A stretch of DNA of 64,000 bases from Escherichia phage vB_EcoM_F1, in the sequence record NC_054912.1; one strand, 5' to 3'. This document shows, one piece after another, positions 34,743-47,528 of the stretch. Each line of letters starts with the position of its first letter. Positions within the stretch are counted from its first letter, which is position 1. The notes under the pieces were generated by a model, which worked only from the letters and a program-made list of their open reading frames with translations, was not told the origin of the DNA and did not search any database. The position numbers were made by a program, and so were the translations under genes.

Positions 34743-36722
34743 ATGACTTTATTATCTCCGGGCATTGAGCTCAAAGAAACTACGGTTCAAAGCACCGTGG
34801 TTAATAACTCTACTGGTACAGCAGCTTTGGCCGGTAAATTCCAGTGGGGTCCTGCTTTTCAGATTAAACAGGTTACAAATGAAGTAGATTTAGTTAATAC
34901 TTTTGGTCAACCAACCGCTGAAACTGCTGACTATTTTATGTCTGCGATGAATTTCTTGCAGTACGGAAATGACTTACGAGTAGTTCGTGCTGTTGATAGA
35001 GATACCGCTAAAAACTCATCTCCGATTGCCGGTAATATTGAATACACAATTTCTACCCCAGGTAGTAACTACGCAGTTGGAGATAAAATCACGGTCAAAT
35101 ATGTTTCAGATGCTATTGAAACTGAAGGTAAAATTACTGAAGTAGACGTAGATGGAAAAATTAAGAAAATTAATATTCCTACTGCAAAAATTATCGCTAA
35201 AGCTAAAGAAGTCGGTGAATATCCAGCACTAGGTTCTAACTGGACTGCGGAAATTTCTTCATCTTCCTCTGGTTTAGCTGCAGTAATAACTCTTGGAAAA
35301 ATTATTACTGATTCTGGTATTTTATTAGCTGAAATTGAAAATGCTGAAGCTGCTATGACAGAGGTTGGCTTTCAAGCAAATCTCGAAAAATACGGAATTC
35401 CAGGAGTAGTAGCTCTTTATCCAGGCGAATTAGGCGATAAAATTGAAATTGAAATAGTATCTAAAGCTGACTATGCAAAAGGAGCTTCTGCATTACTCCC
35501 AATTTATCCAGGTGGTGGTACTCGTGCATCTACTGCCAAAGCAGTGTTTGGATATGGACCACAAACTGATTCACAATACGCTATTATAGTTCGTCGCAAT
35601 GATGCTATTGTTCAAAGTGTTGTTCTTTCAACTAAGCGTGGTGAAAAAGATATTTACGATAGTAACATCTATATCGATGACTTTTTCGCAAAAGGTGGTT
35701 CAGAATATATTTTTGCAACTGCACAAAACTGGCCAGAAGGCTTCTCTGGAATTTTAACTCTGTCTGGTGGATTATCATCAAATGCTGAAGTATCAGCAGG
35801 AGATTTGATGGAAGCTTGGGACTTCTTTGCTGACCGTGAATCCGTTGATGTTCAACTGTTTATTGCAGGTTCTTGTGCCGGTGAATCTTTAGAAACAGCA
35901 TCTACTGTCCAAAAACACGTCGTTTCAATTGGGGATGCTCGCCAAGATTGCTTAGTATTGTGCTCTCCTCCGCGTGAAACTGTAGTTGGAATTCCTGTAA
36001 CCCGTGCTGTTGATAACTTAGTCAATTGGAGAACTGCGGTAGGTTCATACACTGATAATAACTTTAATATCAGTTCAACCTATGCAGCAATTGATGGTAA
36101 CTATAAGTATCAGTATGACAAATATAATGATGTGAATCGTTGGGTTCCATTAGCAGCTGATATTGCTGGTTTATGCGCAAGAACTGATAACGTATCTCAG
36201 ACTTGGATGTCTCCAGCGGGTTATAAGCGTGGCCAAATTTTGAACGTTATTAAACTGGCTATTGAAACTCGCCAGGCTCAGCGCGACCGTTTATACCAAG
36301 AAGCTATCAACCCGGTAACCGGTACAGGTGGTGATGGTTACGTATTGTATGGTGATAAAACAGCTACTTCTGTTCCTTCTCCGTTTGATCGTATTAACGT
36401 TCGTCGTCTGTTTAATATGTTGAAAACGAATATCGGACGTAGTTCAAAATATCGTTTGTTCGAATTAAACAACGCGTTTACTCGTTCATCATTCCGCACA
36501 GAAACTGCTCAGTACTTACAGGGAATTAAAGCTCTCGGTGGAATTTATGAATATCGTGTAGTTTGCGATACAACAAATAATACTCCATCAGTAATTGATA
36601 GAAATGAGTTTGTTGCAACATTCTACATCCAACCGGCGCGCAGTATAAATTATATCCAGCTTAACTTCGTTGCGACTGCTACTGGTGCAGATTTCGATGA
36701 GTTAACTGGTCTTGCAGGTTAA
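34743..36722 (+). CDS. 18: tail sheath protein gp18
   Basis: 659 aa, T4 size and order. Confidence 0.92.
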   Translation: MTLLSPGIELKETTVQSTVVNNSTGTAALAGKFQWGPAFQIKQVTNEVDLVNTFGQPTAETADYFMSAMNFLQYGNDLRVVRAVDRDTAKNSSPIAGNIEYTISTPGSNYAVGDKITVKYVSDAIETEGKITEVDVDGKIKKINIPTAKIIAKAKEVGEYPALGSNWTAEISSSSSGLAAVITLGKIITDSGILLAEIENAEAAMTEVGFQANLEKYGIPGVVALYPGELGDKIEIEIVSKADYAKGASALLPIYPGGGTRASTAKAVFGYGPQTDSQYAIIVRRNDAIVQSVVLSTKRGEKDIYDSNIYIDDFFAKGGSEYIFATAQNWPEGFSGILTLSGGLSSNAEVSAGDLMEAWDFFADRESVDVQLFIAGSCAGESLETASTVQKHVVSIGDARQDCLVLCSPPRETVVGIPVTRAVDNLVNWRTAVGSYTDNNFNISSTYAAIDGNYKYQYDKYNDVNRWVPLAADIAGLCARTDNVSQTWMSPAGYKRGQILNVIKLAIETRQAQRDRLYQEAINPVTGTGGDGYVLYGDKTATSVPSPFDRINVRRLFNMLKTNIGRSSKYRLFELNNAFTRSSFRTETAQYLQGIKALGGIYEYRVVCDTTNNTPSVIDRNEFVATFYIQPARSINYIQLNFVATATGADFDELTGLAG

Positions 36723-36738
36723 TACGGTGCATTCTAAA

Positions 36739-36756
36739 GGCCTGTTTCGGCAGGCC
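36739..36756 (+). other. stem-loop ggcctg-tttcgg-caggcc after gene 18
   Basis: inverted repeat; followed directly by a late promoter box. Confidence 0.4.
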
Positions 36757-36758
36757 AT

Positions 36759-36824
36759 ATAAATACACTATATCCTTAATTCTTTAATTCTATATGCCCT
36801 AGGTTAAACATAGGGATATAAATA
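36759..36824 (+). promoter_or_regulatory. two late promoter boxes TATAAATA (36759-36766 and 36817-36824) for gene 19
   Basis: exact TATAAATA twice upstream of the ATG at 36839. Confidence 0.6.
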
Positions 36825-36838
36825 CTACAGAGGCTAAT

Positions 36839-37330
36839 ATGTTTGTAGATGATGTAACACGAGCGTTTGAATCTGGTGATTTTGCTCGACCTAACTTATT
36901 TCAAGTAGAAATTTCTTATCTTGGACAAAATTTTACGTTTCAATGTAAAGCCACTGCTTTACCAGCTGGTATTGTAGAAAAAATTCCAGTCGGATTTATG
37001 AACCGTAAAATTAACGTAGCAGGCGATCGTACATTCGATGACTGGACTGTTACAGTAATGAACGATGAGGCACATGATGCTCGCCAGAAGTTCGTTGATT
37101 GGCAAAGCATTGCTGCGGGACAAGGAAACGAAATTACTGGTGGAAAACCTGCAGAGTATAAAAAGAGCGCTATCGTTCGTCAATATGCTCGTGACGCTAA
37201 AACAGTAACAAAAGAAATTGAAATTAAAGGTCTGTGGCCTACTAACGTGGGTGAACTTCAATTAGATTGGGATTCAAACAATGAAATCCAAACATTTGAA
37301 GTAACTCTTGCTCTCGATTATTGGGAATAA
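36839..37330 (+). CDS. 19: tail tube protein gp19
   Basis: 163 aa, T4 size and order. Confidence 0.92.
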   Translation: MFVDDVTRAFESGDFARPNLFQVEISYLGQNFTFQCKATALPAGIVEKIPVGFMNRKINVAGDRTFDDWTVTVMNDEAHDARQKFVDWQSIAAGQGNEITGGKPAEYKKSAIVRQYARDAKTVTKEIEIKGLWPTNVGELQLDWDSNNEIQTFEVTLALDYWE

Positions 37331-37362
37331 AATGAATGGGGAGAAATCCCCATCCTGCTTAA

Positions 37363-38987
<1,625 letters not shown>

Positions 38988-38988
<1 letters not shown>

Positions 38989-39227
38989 TGGAAGGTTTAA
39001 TTGAAGCTATTAAATCAAACGACCTCGTAGCCGCTCGTAAATTATTTGCTGAAGCCATGGCTGCAAGAACGATTGATTTAATTAAAGAAGAAAAAATCGC
39101 TATCGCTCGTAATTTCTTAATCGAAGGTGAAGAACCTGAAGACGAGGATGAAGATGATGACGAAGATAGCGATGATAAAGACGACAAAAAAGACAAAGAC
39201 TCTGACGAAGACGAGGATGATGAATAA
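38988..39227 (+). CDS. 67: prohead core protein gp67
   Basis: 79 aa with acidic C-terminus; T4 order. Confidence 0.85.
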
Positions 39228-39652
39228 TGCTTCTGATCCCTGAAACTCATGAATTAGTTCTCGAGAATGTCGAAGCACTTATTCCTGAAGCACAGGGTCG
39301 CTTTGACGAATTGTCTTCTGCTTTAAATAAAGACGATATAAATACAATTGTCGAGAATATGCTTGATGATGAAACTGATTTAGCAGTTGCATTAGCTTCT
39401 ATTAATGAAAACATGCCGTTAAATGAATTCATTGTTAAGCACGTTTCAGCTCGTGGTGAAATTACACGTACTAAAGACCGCAAAACACGTGAACGTAATG
39501 CATTTCAAACCACTGGGCTGTCTAAAGCAAAACGTAGACAAATTGCTCGTAAAGCTACCAAAACGAAGATTGCCAATCCAGCAGGTCAATCTCGTGCTCA
39601 GCGTAAGCGTAAAAAAGCTCTTAAACGCCGTAAAGCATTAGGATTAAGCTAA
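39227..39652 (+). CDS. 68: prohead core protein gp68
   Basis: 141 aa, basic C-terminus, T4 order. Confidence 0.85.
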
Positions 39653-40290
39653 TGAATGAACCCCAATTACTAATTGAAACTTGGGGTCAACCTGGCGAAA
39701 TTATTGATGGCGTACCAATGCTTGAATCTCATGATGGAAAAGACTTAGGTTTAAAACCGGGTTTATACATCGAAGGAATATTCATGCAAGCGGAAGTTGT
39801 CAATAGAAATAAACGTCTTTATCCAAAACGCATATTAGAAAAAGCGGTAAAAGACTATATTAATGAGCAAGTTTTAACTAAACAAGCTCTCGGAGAATTA
39901 AATCATCCTCCACGCGCTAATGTTGACCCGATGCAAGCCGCTATCATTATAGAAGATATGTGGTGGAAAGGAAATGACGTATACGGACGAGCTCGTGTTA
40001 TTGAAGGTGACCATGGTCCTGGAGATAAATTAGCAGCTAATATTCGTGCCGGATGGATTCCAGGAGTTTCTTCTCGTGGATTAGGTTCATTGACTGACAC
40101 AAATAAAGGTTATCGTATCGTAAACGAAGGATTCAAATTAACTGTAGGTGTTGATGCGGTATGGGGTCCAAGTGCTCCAGATGCATGGGTAACTCCTAAG
40201 GAAATTACCGAATCACAGACGGCGGAAGCCGATACAAGTGCCGATGACGCCTATATGGCTCTCGCAGAGGCCATGAAAAAAGCGTTATAA
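39652..40290 (+). CDS. 21: prohead core protease gp21
   Basis: 212 aa, T4 size and order. Confidence 0.9.
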   Translation: MNEPQLLIETWGQPGEIIDGVPMLESHDGKDLGLKPGLYIEGIFMQAEVVNRNKRLYPKRILEKAVKDYINEQVLTKQALGELNHPPRANVDPMQAAIIIEDMWWKGNDVYGRARVIEGDHGPGDKLAANIRAGWIPGVSSRGLGSLTDTNKGYRIVNEGFKLTVGVDAVWGPSAPDAWVTPKEITESQTAEADTSADDAYMALAEAMKKAL

Positions 40291-40320
40291 ATATTATTAT
40301 CTAAACAACAGGACTACAAA

Positions 40321-41130
40321 ATGCTTAAAGAACAACTGATTGCCGAAGCGCAGAAAATTGATGCTTCCGTTGCTCTTGATAGTATTTTCGAATCAGTTAA
40401 TATTTCTCCGGAAGCAAAAGAAACTTTCGGCACTGTATTCGAAGCTACCGTCAAGCAGCACGCCGTTAAATTAGCTGAATCTCATATCGCTAAAATTGCT
40501 GAAAAAGCAGAAGAAGAAGTAGAAAAAAATAAAGAAGAAGCCGAAGAAAAAGCTGAGAAGAAAATCGCTGAGCAAGCTTCTAAATTCATTGACCATCTTG
40601 CAAAAGAATGGCTCGCTGAAAATAAATTAGCAGTTGATAAAGGCATCAAAGCCGAACTGTTTGAATCCATGCTTGGTGGATTAAAAGAGCTCTTTGTTGA
40701 ACACAACGTTGTTGTTCCAGAAGAATCAGTTGATATTGTAGCTGAAATGGAAGAAGAGCTGCAAGAACATAAAGAAGAATCAGCTCGTCTGTTCGAAGAA
40801 CTCAGCATGCGCGACGCATATATCAATTATGTGCAGCGTGAAGTGGCATTGAGCGAAAGTACTAAAGATCTGACTGAGTCTCAAAAAGAAAAAGTCTCTG
40901 CTCTGGTCGAAGGTATGGATTATTCAGATGCATTCTCAAGTAAATTGAGTGCAATCGTAGAAATGGTGAAGAAATCTAATAAAGATGAAAGCACTATTAC
41001 TGAGAGTATAAATACTCCTGATACTGAAGCAGCCGGACTGAATTTCGTCACTGAAGCTGTAGAAGATAAAGCTGCACAGGGTGCAGAAGATATTGTAAGT
41101 GTATATGCGAAAGTCGCATCTCGTTTCTAA
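40321..41130 (+). CDS. 22: prohead core scaffold protein gp22
   Basis: 269 aa, acidic coiled-coil, T4 order. Confidence 0.9.
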   Translation: MLKEQLIAEAQKIDASVALDSIFESVNISPEAKETFGTVFEATVKQHAVKLAESHIAKIAEKAEEEVEKNKEEAEEKAEKKIAEQASKFIDHLAKEWLAENKLAVDKGIKAELFESMLGGLKELFVEHNVVVPEESVDIVAEMEEELQEHKEESARLFEELSMRDAYINYVQREVALSESTKDLTESQKEKVSALVEGMDYSDAFSSKLSAIVEMVKKSNKDESTITESINTPDTEAAGLNFVTEAVEDKAAQGAEDIVSVYAKVASRF

Positions 41131-41148
41131 TTTTAAAGGTTAACACAA

Positions 41149-42714
41149 ATGACTATCAAAACTAAAGCTGAACTTTTGAACAAATGGAAGCCATTACTGG
41201 AAGGTGAAGGTTTACCGGAAATTGCTAATAGCAAACAAGCGATTATCGCTAAAATCTTTGAAAACCAGGAAAAAGATTTCCAGACAGCTCCGGAATATAA
41301 AGACGAAAAAATTGCTCAGGCATTCGGTTCTTTCTTAACAGAAGCTGAAATCGGTGGTGACCACGGCTACAATGCTACCAACATCGCTGCAGGTCAGACT
41401 TCTGGCGCAGTAACTCAGATTGGCCCGGCTGTTATGGGTATGGTACGTCGTGCTATTCCTAACCTGATTGCTTTCGATATTTGTGGTGTTCAGCCGATGA
41501 ACAGCCCGACTGGCCAGGTATTCGCAATGCGCGCAGTATATGGTAAAGACCCGGTCGCTTCTGGTGCTAAAGAAGCATTCCACCCAATGTATGGTCCAGA
41601 TGCAATGTTCTCTGGTCAGGGTGCTGCTAAGAAATTCACAGCTCTGGCTGCTAGCACACAAACCACAGCAGGTGATATCTATACTCACTTCTTCCAGGAC
41701 ACTGGTACTGTGTATCTGCAAGCTTCTGCTCAAGTAACAATTAGTGCAAGCGCAACTGATGCAGCTAAATTAGATGCTGAAATTAAGAAACAAATGGAAG
41801 CTGGTGTACTGGTAGAAATCGCTGAAGGTATGGCTACTTCTATCGCTGAACTCCAGGAAAGTTTCAACGGTTCTACCGATAACCCATGGAATGAAATGGG
41901 CTTCCGTATCGATAAACAAGTTATCGAAGCTAAATCTCGTCAGTTGAAAGCTGCTTACTCTATTGAATTAGCACAAGACCTTCGCGCTGTTCACGGTATG
42001 GATGCTGATGCTGAACTGTCTGGTATTCTGGCTACCGAAATTATGCTGGAAATCAACCGCGAAGTTGTTGATTGGATTAACTACTCCGCTCAGGTTGGTA
42101 AATCTGGTATGACCCTGACTCCGGGTTCTAAAGCTGGTGTATTTGACTTCCAGGACCCAATCGATATTCGTGGTGCTCGCTGGGCAGGTGAATCCTTTAA
42201 AGCTCTGTTGTTCCAGATTGACAAAGAAGCAGTTGAAATTGCTCGTCAGACTGGTCGCGGCGAAGGTAACTTCATTATCGCTTCCCGTAACGTAGTTAAC
42301 GTTCTGGCTTCAGTTGATACCGGCATTTCTTATGCTGCACAAGGTCTGGCTACTGGCTTTAACACTGATACTACCAAGTCAGTATTTGCTGGTGTTCTGG
42401 GTGGTAAATACCGTGTATATATCGACCAGTATGCTAAACAGGATTATTTCACCGTAGGTTATAAAGGTCCGAACGAAATGGATGCTGGTATTTACTATGC
42501 TCCATATGTAGCTCTGACTCCGCTGCGTGGTTCCGATCCGAAGAACTTCCAACCGGTAATGGGATTCAAAACTCGTTACGGTATCGGTATCAACCCATTT
42601 GCAGAATCCGCTGCTCAGGCTCCGGCTTCTCGCATCCAGAGCGGTATGCCTTCTATTCTGAATAGCCTTGGTAAAAACGCTTACTTCCGCCGTGTATATG
42701 TTAAAGGTATCTAA
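41149..42714 (+). CDS. 23: major capsid protein gp23
   Basis: 521 aa, codon usage typical of highly expressed genes, T4 order. Confidence 0.95.
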   Translation: MTIKTKAELLNKWKPLLEGEGLPEIANSKQAIIAKIFENQEKDFQTAPEYKDEKIAQAFGSFLTEAEIGGDHGYNATNIAAGQTSGAVTQIGPAVMGMVRRAIPNLIAFDICGVQPMNSPTGQVFAMRAVYGKDPVASGAKEAFHPMYGPDAMFSGQGAAKKFTALAASTQTTAGDIYTHFFQDTGTVYLQASAQVTISASATDAAKLDAEIKKQMEAGVLVEIAEGMATSIAELQESFNGSTDNPWNEMGFRIDKQVIEAKSRQLKAAYSIELAQDLRAVHGMDADAELSGILATEIMLEINREVVDWINYSAQVGKSGMTLTPGSKAGVFDFQDPIDIRGARWAGESFKALLFQIDKEAVEIARQTGRGEGNFIIASRNVVNVLASVDTGISYAAQGLATGFNTDTTKSVFAGVLGGKYRVYIDQYAKQDYFTVGYKGPNEMDAGIYYAPYVALTPLRGSDPKNFQPVMGFKTRYGIGINPFAESAAQAPASRIQSGMPSILNSLGKNAYFRRVYVKGI

Positions 42715-42728
42715 TCTTTGACGATTTA

Positions 42729-42760
42729 AGGGACCTTCGGGTCCCTTTAGTTGTTTTTAT
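42729..42760 (+). terminator. terminator hairpin (agggacc-ttcg-ggtccct) plus T-rich tail after gene 23
   Basis: inverted repeat 42729-42746 followed by ttagttgttttt. Confidence 0.6.
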
Positions 42761-42762
42761 GG

Positions 42763-42770
42763 TATAAATA
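42763..42770 (+). promoter_or_regulatory. late promoter TATAAATA for gene 24
   Basis: exact box upstream of the ATG at 42798. Confidence 0.6.
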
Positions 42771-42797
42771 AATCATATAAACTGAAAGGAAAGCGCA

Positions 42798-44081
42798 ATG
42801 GCTAAAATCAACGAACTTCTGCGCGAATCAACCACAACGAATAGCAACTCAATCGGTCGCCCAAATCTCGTTGCTTTGACTCGCGCTACCACTAAATTAA
42901 TATATTCTGACATTGTAGCAACGCAAAGAACTAATCAACCTGTTGCTGCTTTTTATGGTATCAAATACCTTAACCCAGACAACGAATTTACGTTTAAAAC
43001 TGGTGCTACTTACGCTGGCGAAGCCGGATATGTAGACCGAGAACAAATCACAGAATTAACAGAAGAGTCTAAATTAACTCTCAATAAAGGCGATTTATTC
43101 AAATATAATAATATCGTTTATAAAGTATTAGAAGATACACCATTTGCTGATATTGAAGAAAGTGATTTAGAATTAGCTCTTCAGATTGCAATTGTTCTTT
43201 TAAAGGTTCGTCTATTTTCTGATGCTGCAGTAACAAGCAAATTTGAAAGCTCTGATAGCGAAATTGCGGATGCTAGATTCCAGATTAATAAATGGCAAAC
43301 CGCAGTTAAATCTCGTAAACTTAAAACTGGCATTACAGTTGAATTAGCACAAGATTTAGAAGCAAATGGATTCGATGCTCCTAATTTCTTGGAAGATTTG
43401 CTTGCAACCGAAATGGCAGATGAAATCAATAAAGATATTCTGCAGTCTTTGATTACAGTGTCAAAACGTTATAAAGTTGCAGGAATTACTGATACTGGAT
43501 TCATTGATTTGAGTTATGCATCTGCACCTGAAGCGGGTCGTTCATTATATCGAATGGTATGTGAAATGGTTTCACATATCCAAAAAGAATCAACTTATAC
43601 AGCAACGTTCTGTGTTGCTTCAGCTCGTGCTGCTGCGATTCTTGCTGCATCAGGTTGGTTAAAACATAAACCAGAAGATGATAAATATCTTTCACAAAAT
43701 GCCTACGGGTTCTTAGCTAATGGTTTACCGCTTTATTGCGATACTAACAGCCCATTAGATTATGTAATCGTTGGTGTAGTAGAAAATATCGGTGAAAAAG
43801 AAATTGTTGGATCAATTTTCTATGCTCCGTATACAGAAGGTCTCGACTTAGATGACCCTGAACATGTAGGTGCATTTAAAGTTGTTGTTGACCCAGAAAG
43901 TTTGCAGCCATCTATCGGTTTATTAGTTAGATATGCTTTATCAGCAAATCCTTACACCGTAGCAAAAGATGAAAAAGAAGCAAGAGTAATTGATGGTGGA
44001 GACATGGATAAAATGGCGGGTCGTTCAGATTTGTCTGTTTTATTAGGTGTTAAGCTACCAAAAATTATCATTGATGAATAA
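42798..44081 (+). CDS. 24: capsid vertex protein gp24
   Basis: 427 aa, paralog of gp23, T4 order; no ORF between 23 and 24. Confidence 0.92.
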   Translation: MAKINELLRESTTTNSNSIGRPNLVALTRATTKLIYSDIVATQRTNQPVAAFYGIKYLNPDNEFTFKTGATYAGEAGYVDREQITELTEESKLTLNKGDLFKYNNIVYKVLEDTPFADIEESDLELALQIAIVLLKVRLFSDAAVTSKFESSDSEIADARFQINKWQTAVKSRKLKTGITVELAQDLEANGFDAPNFLEDLLATEMADEINKDILQSLITVSKRYKVAGITDTGFIDLSYASAPEAGRSLYRMVCEMVSHIQKESTYTATFCVASARAAAILAASGWLKHKPEDDKYLSQNAYGFLANGLPLYCDTNSPLDYVIVGVVENIGEKEIVGSIFYAPYTEGLDLDDPEHVGAFKVVVDPESLQPSIGLLVRYALSANPYTVAKDEKEARVIDGGDMDKMAGRSDLSVLLGVKLPKIIIDE

Positions 44082-44086
44082 AACAA

Positions 44087-44108
44087 AGGGACCTTTCGGT
44101 CCCTTTTT
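44087..44108. terminator. bidirectional terminator hairpin (agggacc-tttc-ggtccct) between gene 24 and rnlB
   Basis: hairpin with T-run on plus and T-rich sequence on minus; convergent gene ends. Confidence 0.65.
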
Positions 44109-44110
44109 AT

Positions 44111-45115
44111 TTAACTTACCAATTCAATCCAAGCCGGACGAAGTACATCTTGTACCATTTTAACTAATTCCTTTTTAATCAAAGAAGGATTATCCGCTTG
44201 AGTTAGAGTAATACCTTCACGAGAAGTTTCTTCCAAAATATCTTGAACAGTTAGTCCCATCACCTTTCCAAAATCTTTTGGACCAATTTCGCCAATTTTA
44301 GAAATAACGTTATTTACTCGGTTCAGTGTAACGTAACAAGCTAAAATTCCCACCAATTTGTTATCAGCTTCTGATAGTTCAACTTTAGCTTTAATAGGCT
44401 TATCAGACTTTTTCTTTTCACTAAATTTGGAATTCTTGCATTTAATCGCTACACGATTTCCATTATGAAGCCAAGAAGGATAACAAGGTTTCAATACATA
44501 TCCTTCAGCGGTAAATACTTCGCCTTTTGCTTCGGCATTCCAAACGCATTTATTTGCATCAACTAATCCAGCATGGTCTACTGTAAAATTATAAGACGGA
44601 ACAACAGAATCCAAATCATTTGGAAGTTTAATAAGATCTTCAAATTTACCACGACCCAAAAGTGGAGCGATTTTAAACCCAAATGAATTACAAAACGATT
44701 CCATCATGTAATCATCAACATAAGTTACATCACCACTTTCGGTAGTGACAATAATGTCAAATACATAAAAATCTTTATCGCCATAATCAACATTCTTCTG
44801 AATGCCAGGTCCAGCGAATTCGCCAAAAACTTGATAAGTCACAACAGCTGAAGTTTCCATAATTTCTTGGACAGCTTTAATAGAATCTTCGTAATTCTTT
44901 AAAATAATTTCATAACCGAAGAAATCTTCAGCAGGAAGAATTGGTCCAGTACGTTTAGCGCAAGTTACTTTATCACGCTCAATAATCAATGAGAAATTTG
45001 TGCCGTGAATCTTTTCACGAGCTACCCATTCGCCGCCAGTCAATCCCAAGCTATAAAGTTTTTCAATAAATTTAGAGTTGTAATGATTTTCAAGACTGCT
45101 ATACTTTTTAAACAT
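44111..45115 (-). CDS. rnlB: RNA ligase 2 (RnlB)
   Basis: 334 aa, begins [16 protein letters not shown]; nucleotidyltransferase motif EKIHGTNF. Confidence 0.92.
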   Translation of the reverse strand: MFKKYSSLENHYNSKFIEKLYSLGLTGGEWVAREKIHGTNFSLIIERDKVTCAKRTGPILPAEDFFGYEIILKNYEDSIKAVQEIMETSAVVTYQVFGEFAGPGIQKNVDYGDKDFYVFDIIVTTESGDVTYVDDYMMESFCNSFGFKIAPLLGRGKFEDLIKLPNDLDSVVPSYNFTVDHAGLVDANKCVWNAEAKGEVFTAEGYVLKPCYPSWLHNGNRVAIKCKNSKFSEKKKSDKPIKAKVELSEADNKLVGILACYVTLNRVNNVISKIGEIGPKDFGKVMGLTVQDILEETSREGITLTQADNPSLIKKELVKMVQDVLRPAWIELVS

Positions 45116-45124
45116 AATTAATCC

Positions 45125-45403
45125 TCAAAATGTAATTTCTAACCAATCACCATCACGCTGATCACTATTAACTTTAAAGCTGAATCCTTCTTTTCTCAGC
45201 CAATCACCAATTTCTTCAGTAATCAATTTATCGCGAGCAGTACAATAATAACTAAAATATGTTTTACCTTGTTCAGCTGCTTTATTAGCAAGTTCCGAAA
45301 AATCTTTAATAAAACACTCTAGCTTAAACTGTTTACTTTTGAATGCTTTTTCGCGTAATTGATTAGCAAAAGATTCATTTTCATAAAGATCATACTGTTC
45401 CAT
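45125..45403 (-). CDS. hypothetical protein (T4 24.2 position)
   Basis: 92 aa ORF, ATG start. Confidence 0.6.
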   Translation of the reverse strand: MEQYDLYENESFANQLREKAFKSKQFKLECFIKDFSELANKAAEQGKTYFSYYCTARDKLITEEIGDWLRKEGFSFKVNSDQRDGDWLEITF

Positions 45404-45605
45404 TTTTCACCTTTTTATTAATATGTCTTTTTCTATAGACAACTTTTTCTCGAGTTTCAAATTTATTCTTAGCAGTCATAGCTCGAGCCCATAATACAGC
45501 CACTTCTTTTGCCTGTAAGTTCAATTCACGAGCAATTTCAATGAATGACTTTCCAGACTCATGGAGAGTAAACACCACAACCTCAGTTCTCATAATCAAT
45601 CTCAT
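45390..45605 (-). CDS. hypothetical protein, possible helix-turn-helix (T4 24.3 position)
   Basis: 71 aa ORF; HTH-like segment KSFIEIARELNLQAKEV. Confidence 0.55.
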   Translation of the reverse strand: MRLIMRTEVVVFTLHESGKSFIEIARELNLQAKEVAVLWARAMTAKNKFETREKVVYRKRHINKKVKNGTV

Positions 45606-45674
45606 GTTATCGAGTTGGTGCCATTATATACATCATTTTCTGAGTGTGTTTTGTGTGCTTTCAAAATGAAGAAA

Positions 45675-45688
45675 GGGGCCGAAGCCCC
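45675..45688 (-). terminator. terminator hairpin (ggggc-cgaa-gcccc) after hoc
   Basis: hairpin followed by T-rich run on minus strand. Confidence 0.55.
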
Positions 45689-45694
45689 TTATGA

Positions 45695-46825
45695 TTATGG
45701 ATAGGTATAGATGATACCAGTTTCTAAAGCAGTTTTATGAATGATGTATCCATTACGCGATTCTTGGACATCAACTTCTGGATAGTCTTTCATCATCTTC
45801 TGAAGAGTGTAACGATGCAGGTAGTATTTACTATCTGGATCGTCAGTTTTCCAATCTTTACCTTCTTCGGTCATTTTTTGGATTTCATCCATAACCCACC
45901 AACCGCACCAGATGTAAGCTGAAGTGCGATGTGGAAGAGGATGAACATAAGGCAATTCACCTTCTGGTTCTGGAGCAACTTTATCAGTTACCTGAACTTG
46001 ACCTTCTGCTGTAATAGTTTTGCTATCATAATCAGTTGCTGTAACGACAGCAGTAACTTCAATAGTTTGACTTCCAACAGATGAGGTATCGACAGTATAC
46101 ACATTAGTCGATCCTTCTACAGGAGAAGAATCTTTCTTCCATGAATAAGTAATTTGCGCTGCTTCAGGTGCGCCAGTGACATTAGCGGTAAATGTAGCCG
46201 AAGCATCTTGCTGAACGTTAATAGAAGGAGGAGTCAATGTAACCTGTGGATTCATTGTCTTCTTATTAACTGTTAATGATACTTCATTAGAAGTAACGCT
46301 CAGTGCATCGTAATCTGTCGCGGTTACTTGGGCTACGCATTTAATTTTTTTAACTCCACTTGTAGTTGGAGTGTAATTGAATGTAGCGGAAGTTGCTTCG
46401 TCCACAGGAGAACCGTCAACGTACCACTGATATGTGGCGTTTGCGCCCGATGGCTGCGAAGCTAAAGCGGCAGTAAATTCAATAGCTGTTCCAATCACTC
46501 CAGCCGCAGGACTAGCAGGAGTTACGGCTAAGGTAGTCGTCTGTGTCTTATTTTTAACTGTGATAGTTGTTGTCGCTTCAGCCGTTTCCGGGCCTCCTTC
46601 AGAAAGTGTATTTGTTGCAACTACTTTAATAGTCTTTTGACCGGCAGGTCCTTTTAATACATAACTAAAAGTTGCTTCAGCTCCATCTTGTGGAACATCA
46701 TCTACAGTCCAAACATATGTAATAGGTCCATCTCCAGTTTGACCACTGGGTGTAGCAGTAAACTGCTGAGTCTGATCTATAACTCCAGTAGGTGTTTTAG
46801 GAGTTATATCAACTGTAAAAGCCAT
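45695..46825 (-). CDS. hoc: head outer capsid protein Hoc (Ig-like domains)
   Basis: 376 aa, Thr/Val-rich Ig-like repeat composition, T4 size and order. Confidence 0.9.
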   Translation of the reverse strand: MAFTVDITPKTPTGVIDQTQQFTATPSGQTGDGPITYVWTVDDVPQDGAEATFSYVLKGPAGQKTIKVVATNTLSEGGPETAEATTTITVKNKTQTTTLAVTPASPAAGVIGTAIEFTAALASQPSGANATYQWYVDGSPVDEATSATFNYTPTTSGVKKIKCVAQVTATDYDALSVTSNEVSLTVNKKTMNPQVTLTPPSINVQQDASATFTANVTGAPEAAQITYSWKKDSSPVEGSTNVYTVDTSSVGSQTIEVTAVVTATDYDSKTITAEGQVQVTDKVAPEPEGELPYVHPLPHRTSAYIWCGWWVMDEIQKMTEEGKDWKTDDPDSKYYLHRYTLQKMMKDYPEVDVQESRNGYIIHKTALETGIIYTYP

Positions 46826-46834
46826 AAGTTATCC

Positions 46835-47515
46835 TTATTTTAATGTTACGAAAGAAGAATTGCGTGTTTCACGAATTAAAACTGATCCATCACGATTAAT
46901 GTAATAAATTAAGCTAAATAAAGTTTGGTGTGCTGACGCATGCTCAAAACTTGTTGGGTGAGATTTCCAATCCGGAGTTTCAGCAATCCATTGATAAATC
47001 CACCAAGGAACAGTGCAGAATCCTGGATTTTTTCCAATCAGCTGAAGATTCGGACTAAAGTTTTCCGGAAGAGTAAATACAGACGGCTTTTCAGATTCAA
47101 TAATCTCAGCTACAGCCTGTTCAAATTTTTCTTCAACAAAAGGAGTATCTTCAATCAAAACATCGGTATTTTCAGGAATTTTATCCTTTTCTACTACTTC
47201 AATTTTAATGTCAGATTTAACCGGAGAATCAATCAGAAGTGCTGCTTCTGGATTGACTTCTTCATCGTCATATTTTAATCCCTCTGCGGCATCAGCAGCA
47301 TCAATTAAGTCTTTAATAGATAACCCATCAGTCTCTGGCATAGGTTCACTAGCGAGCTTCTGGAGGGCTTCTTCAATATCAGCAACGATATTATCAAAAG
47401 ATTTATTCTTTTTGACCTTTATACCAAACTGTTCAGCATATTCAGCTAATTTAGCTTTAGCTTCTTTGTTATCATCAAGAGCCTTCAGCTCTGCAATATA
47501 ATCTTTATCTATCAT
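46835..47515 (-). CDS. inh: Inh, inhibitor of prohead protease
   Basis: 226 aa, T4 size and order. Confidence 0.85.
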   Translation of the reverse strand: MIDKDYIAELKALDDNKEAKAKLAEYAEQFGIKVKKNKSFDNIVADIEEALQKLASEPMPETDGLSIKDLIDAADAAEGLKYDDEEVNPEAALLIDSPVKSDIKIEVVEKDKIPENTDVLIEDTPFVEEKFEQAVAEIIESEKPSVFTLPENFSPNLQLIGKNPGFCTVPWWIYQWIAETPDWKSHPTSFEHASAHQTLFSLIYYINRDGSVLIRETRNSSFVTLK

Positions 47516-47528
47516 AATATTTCCTCAG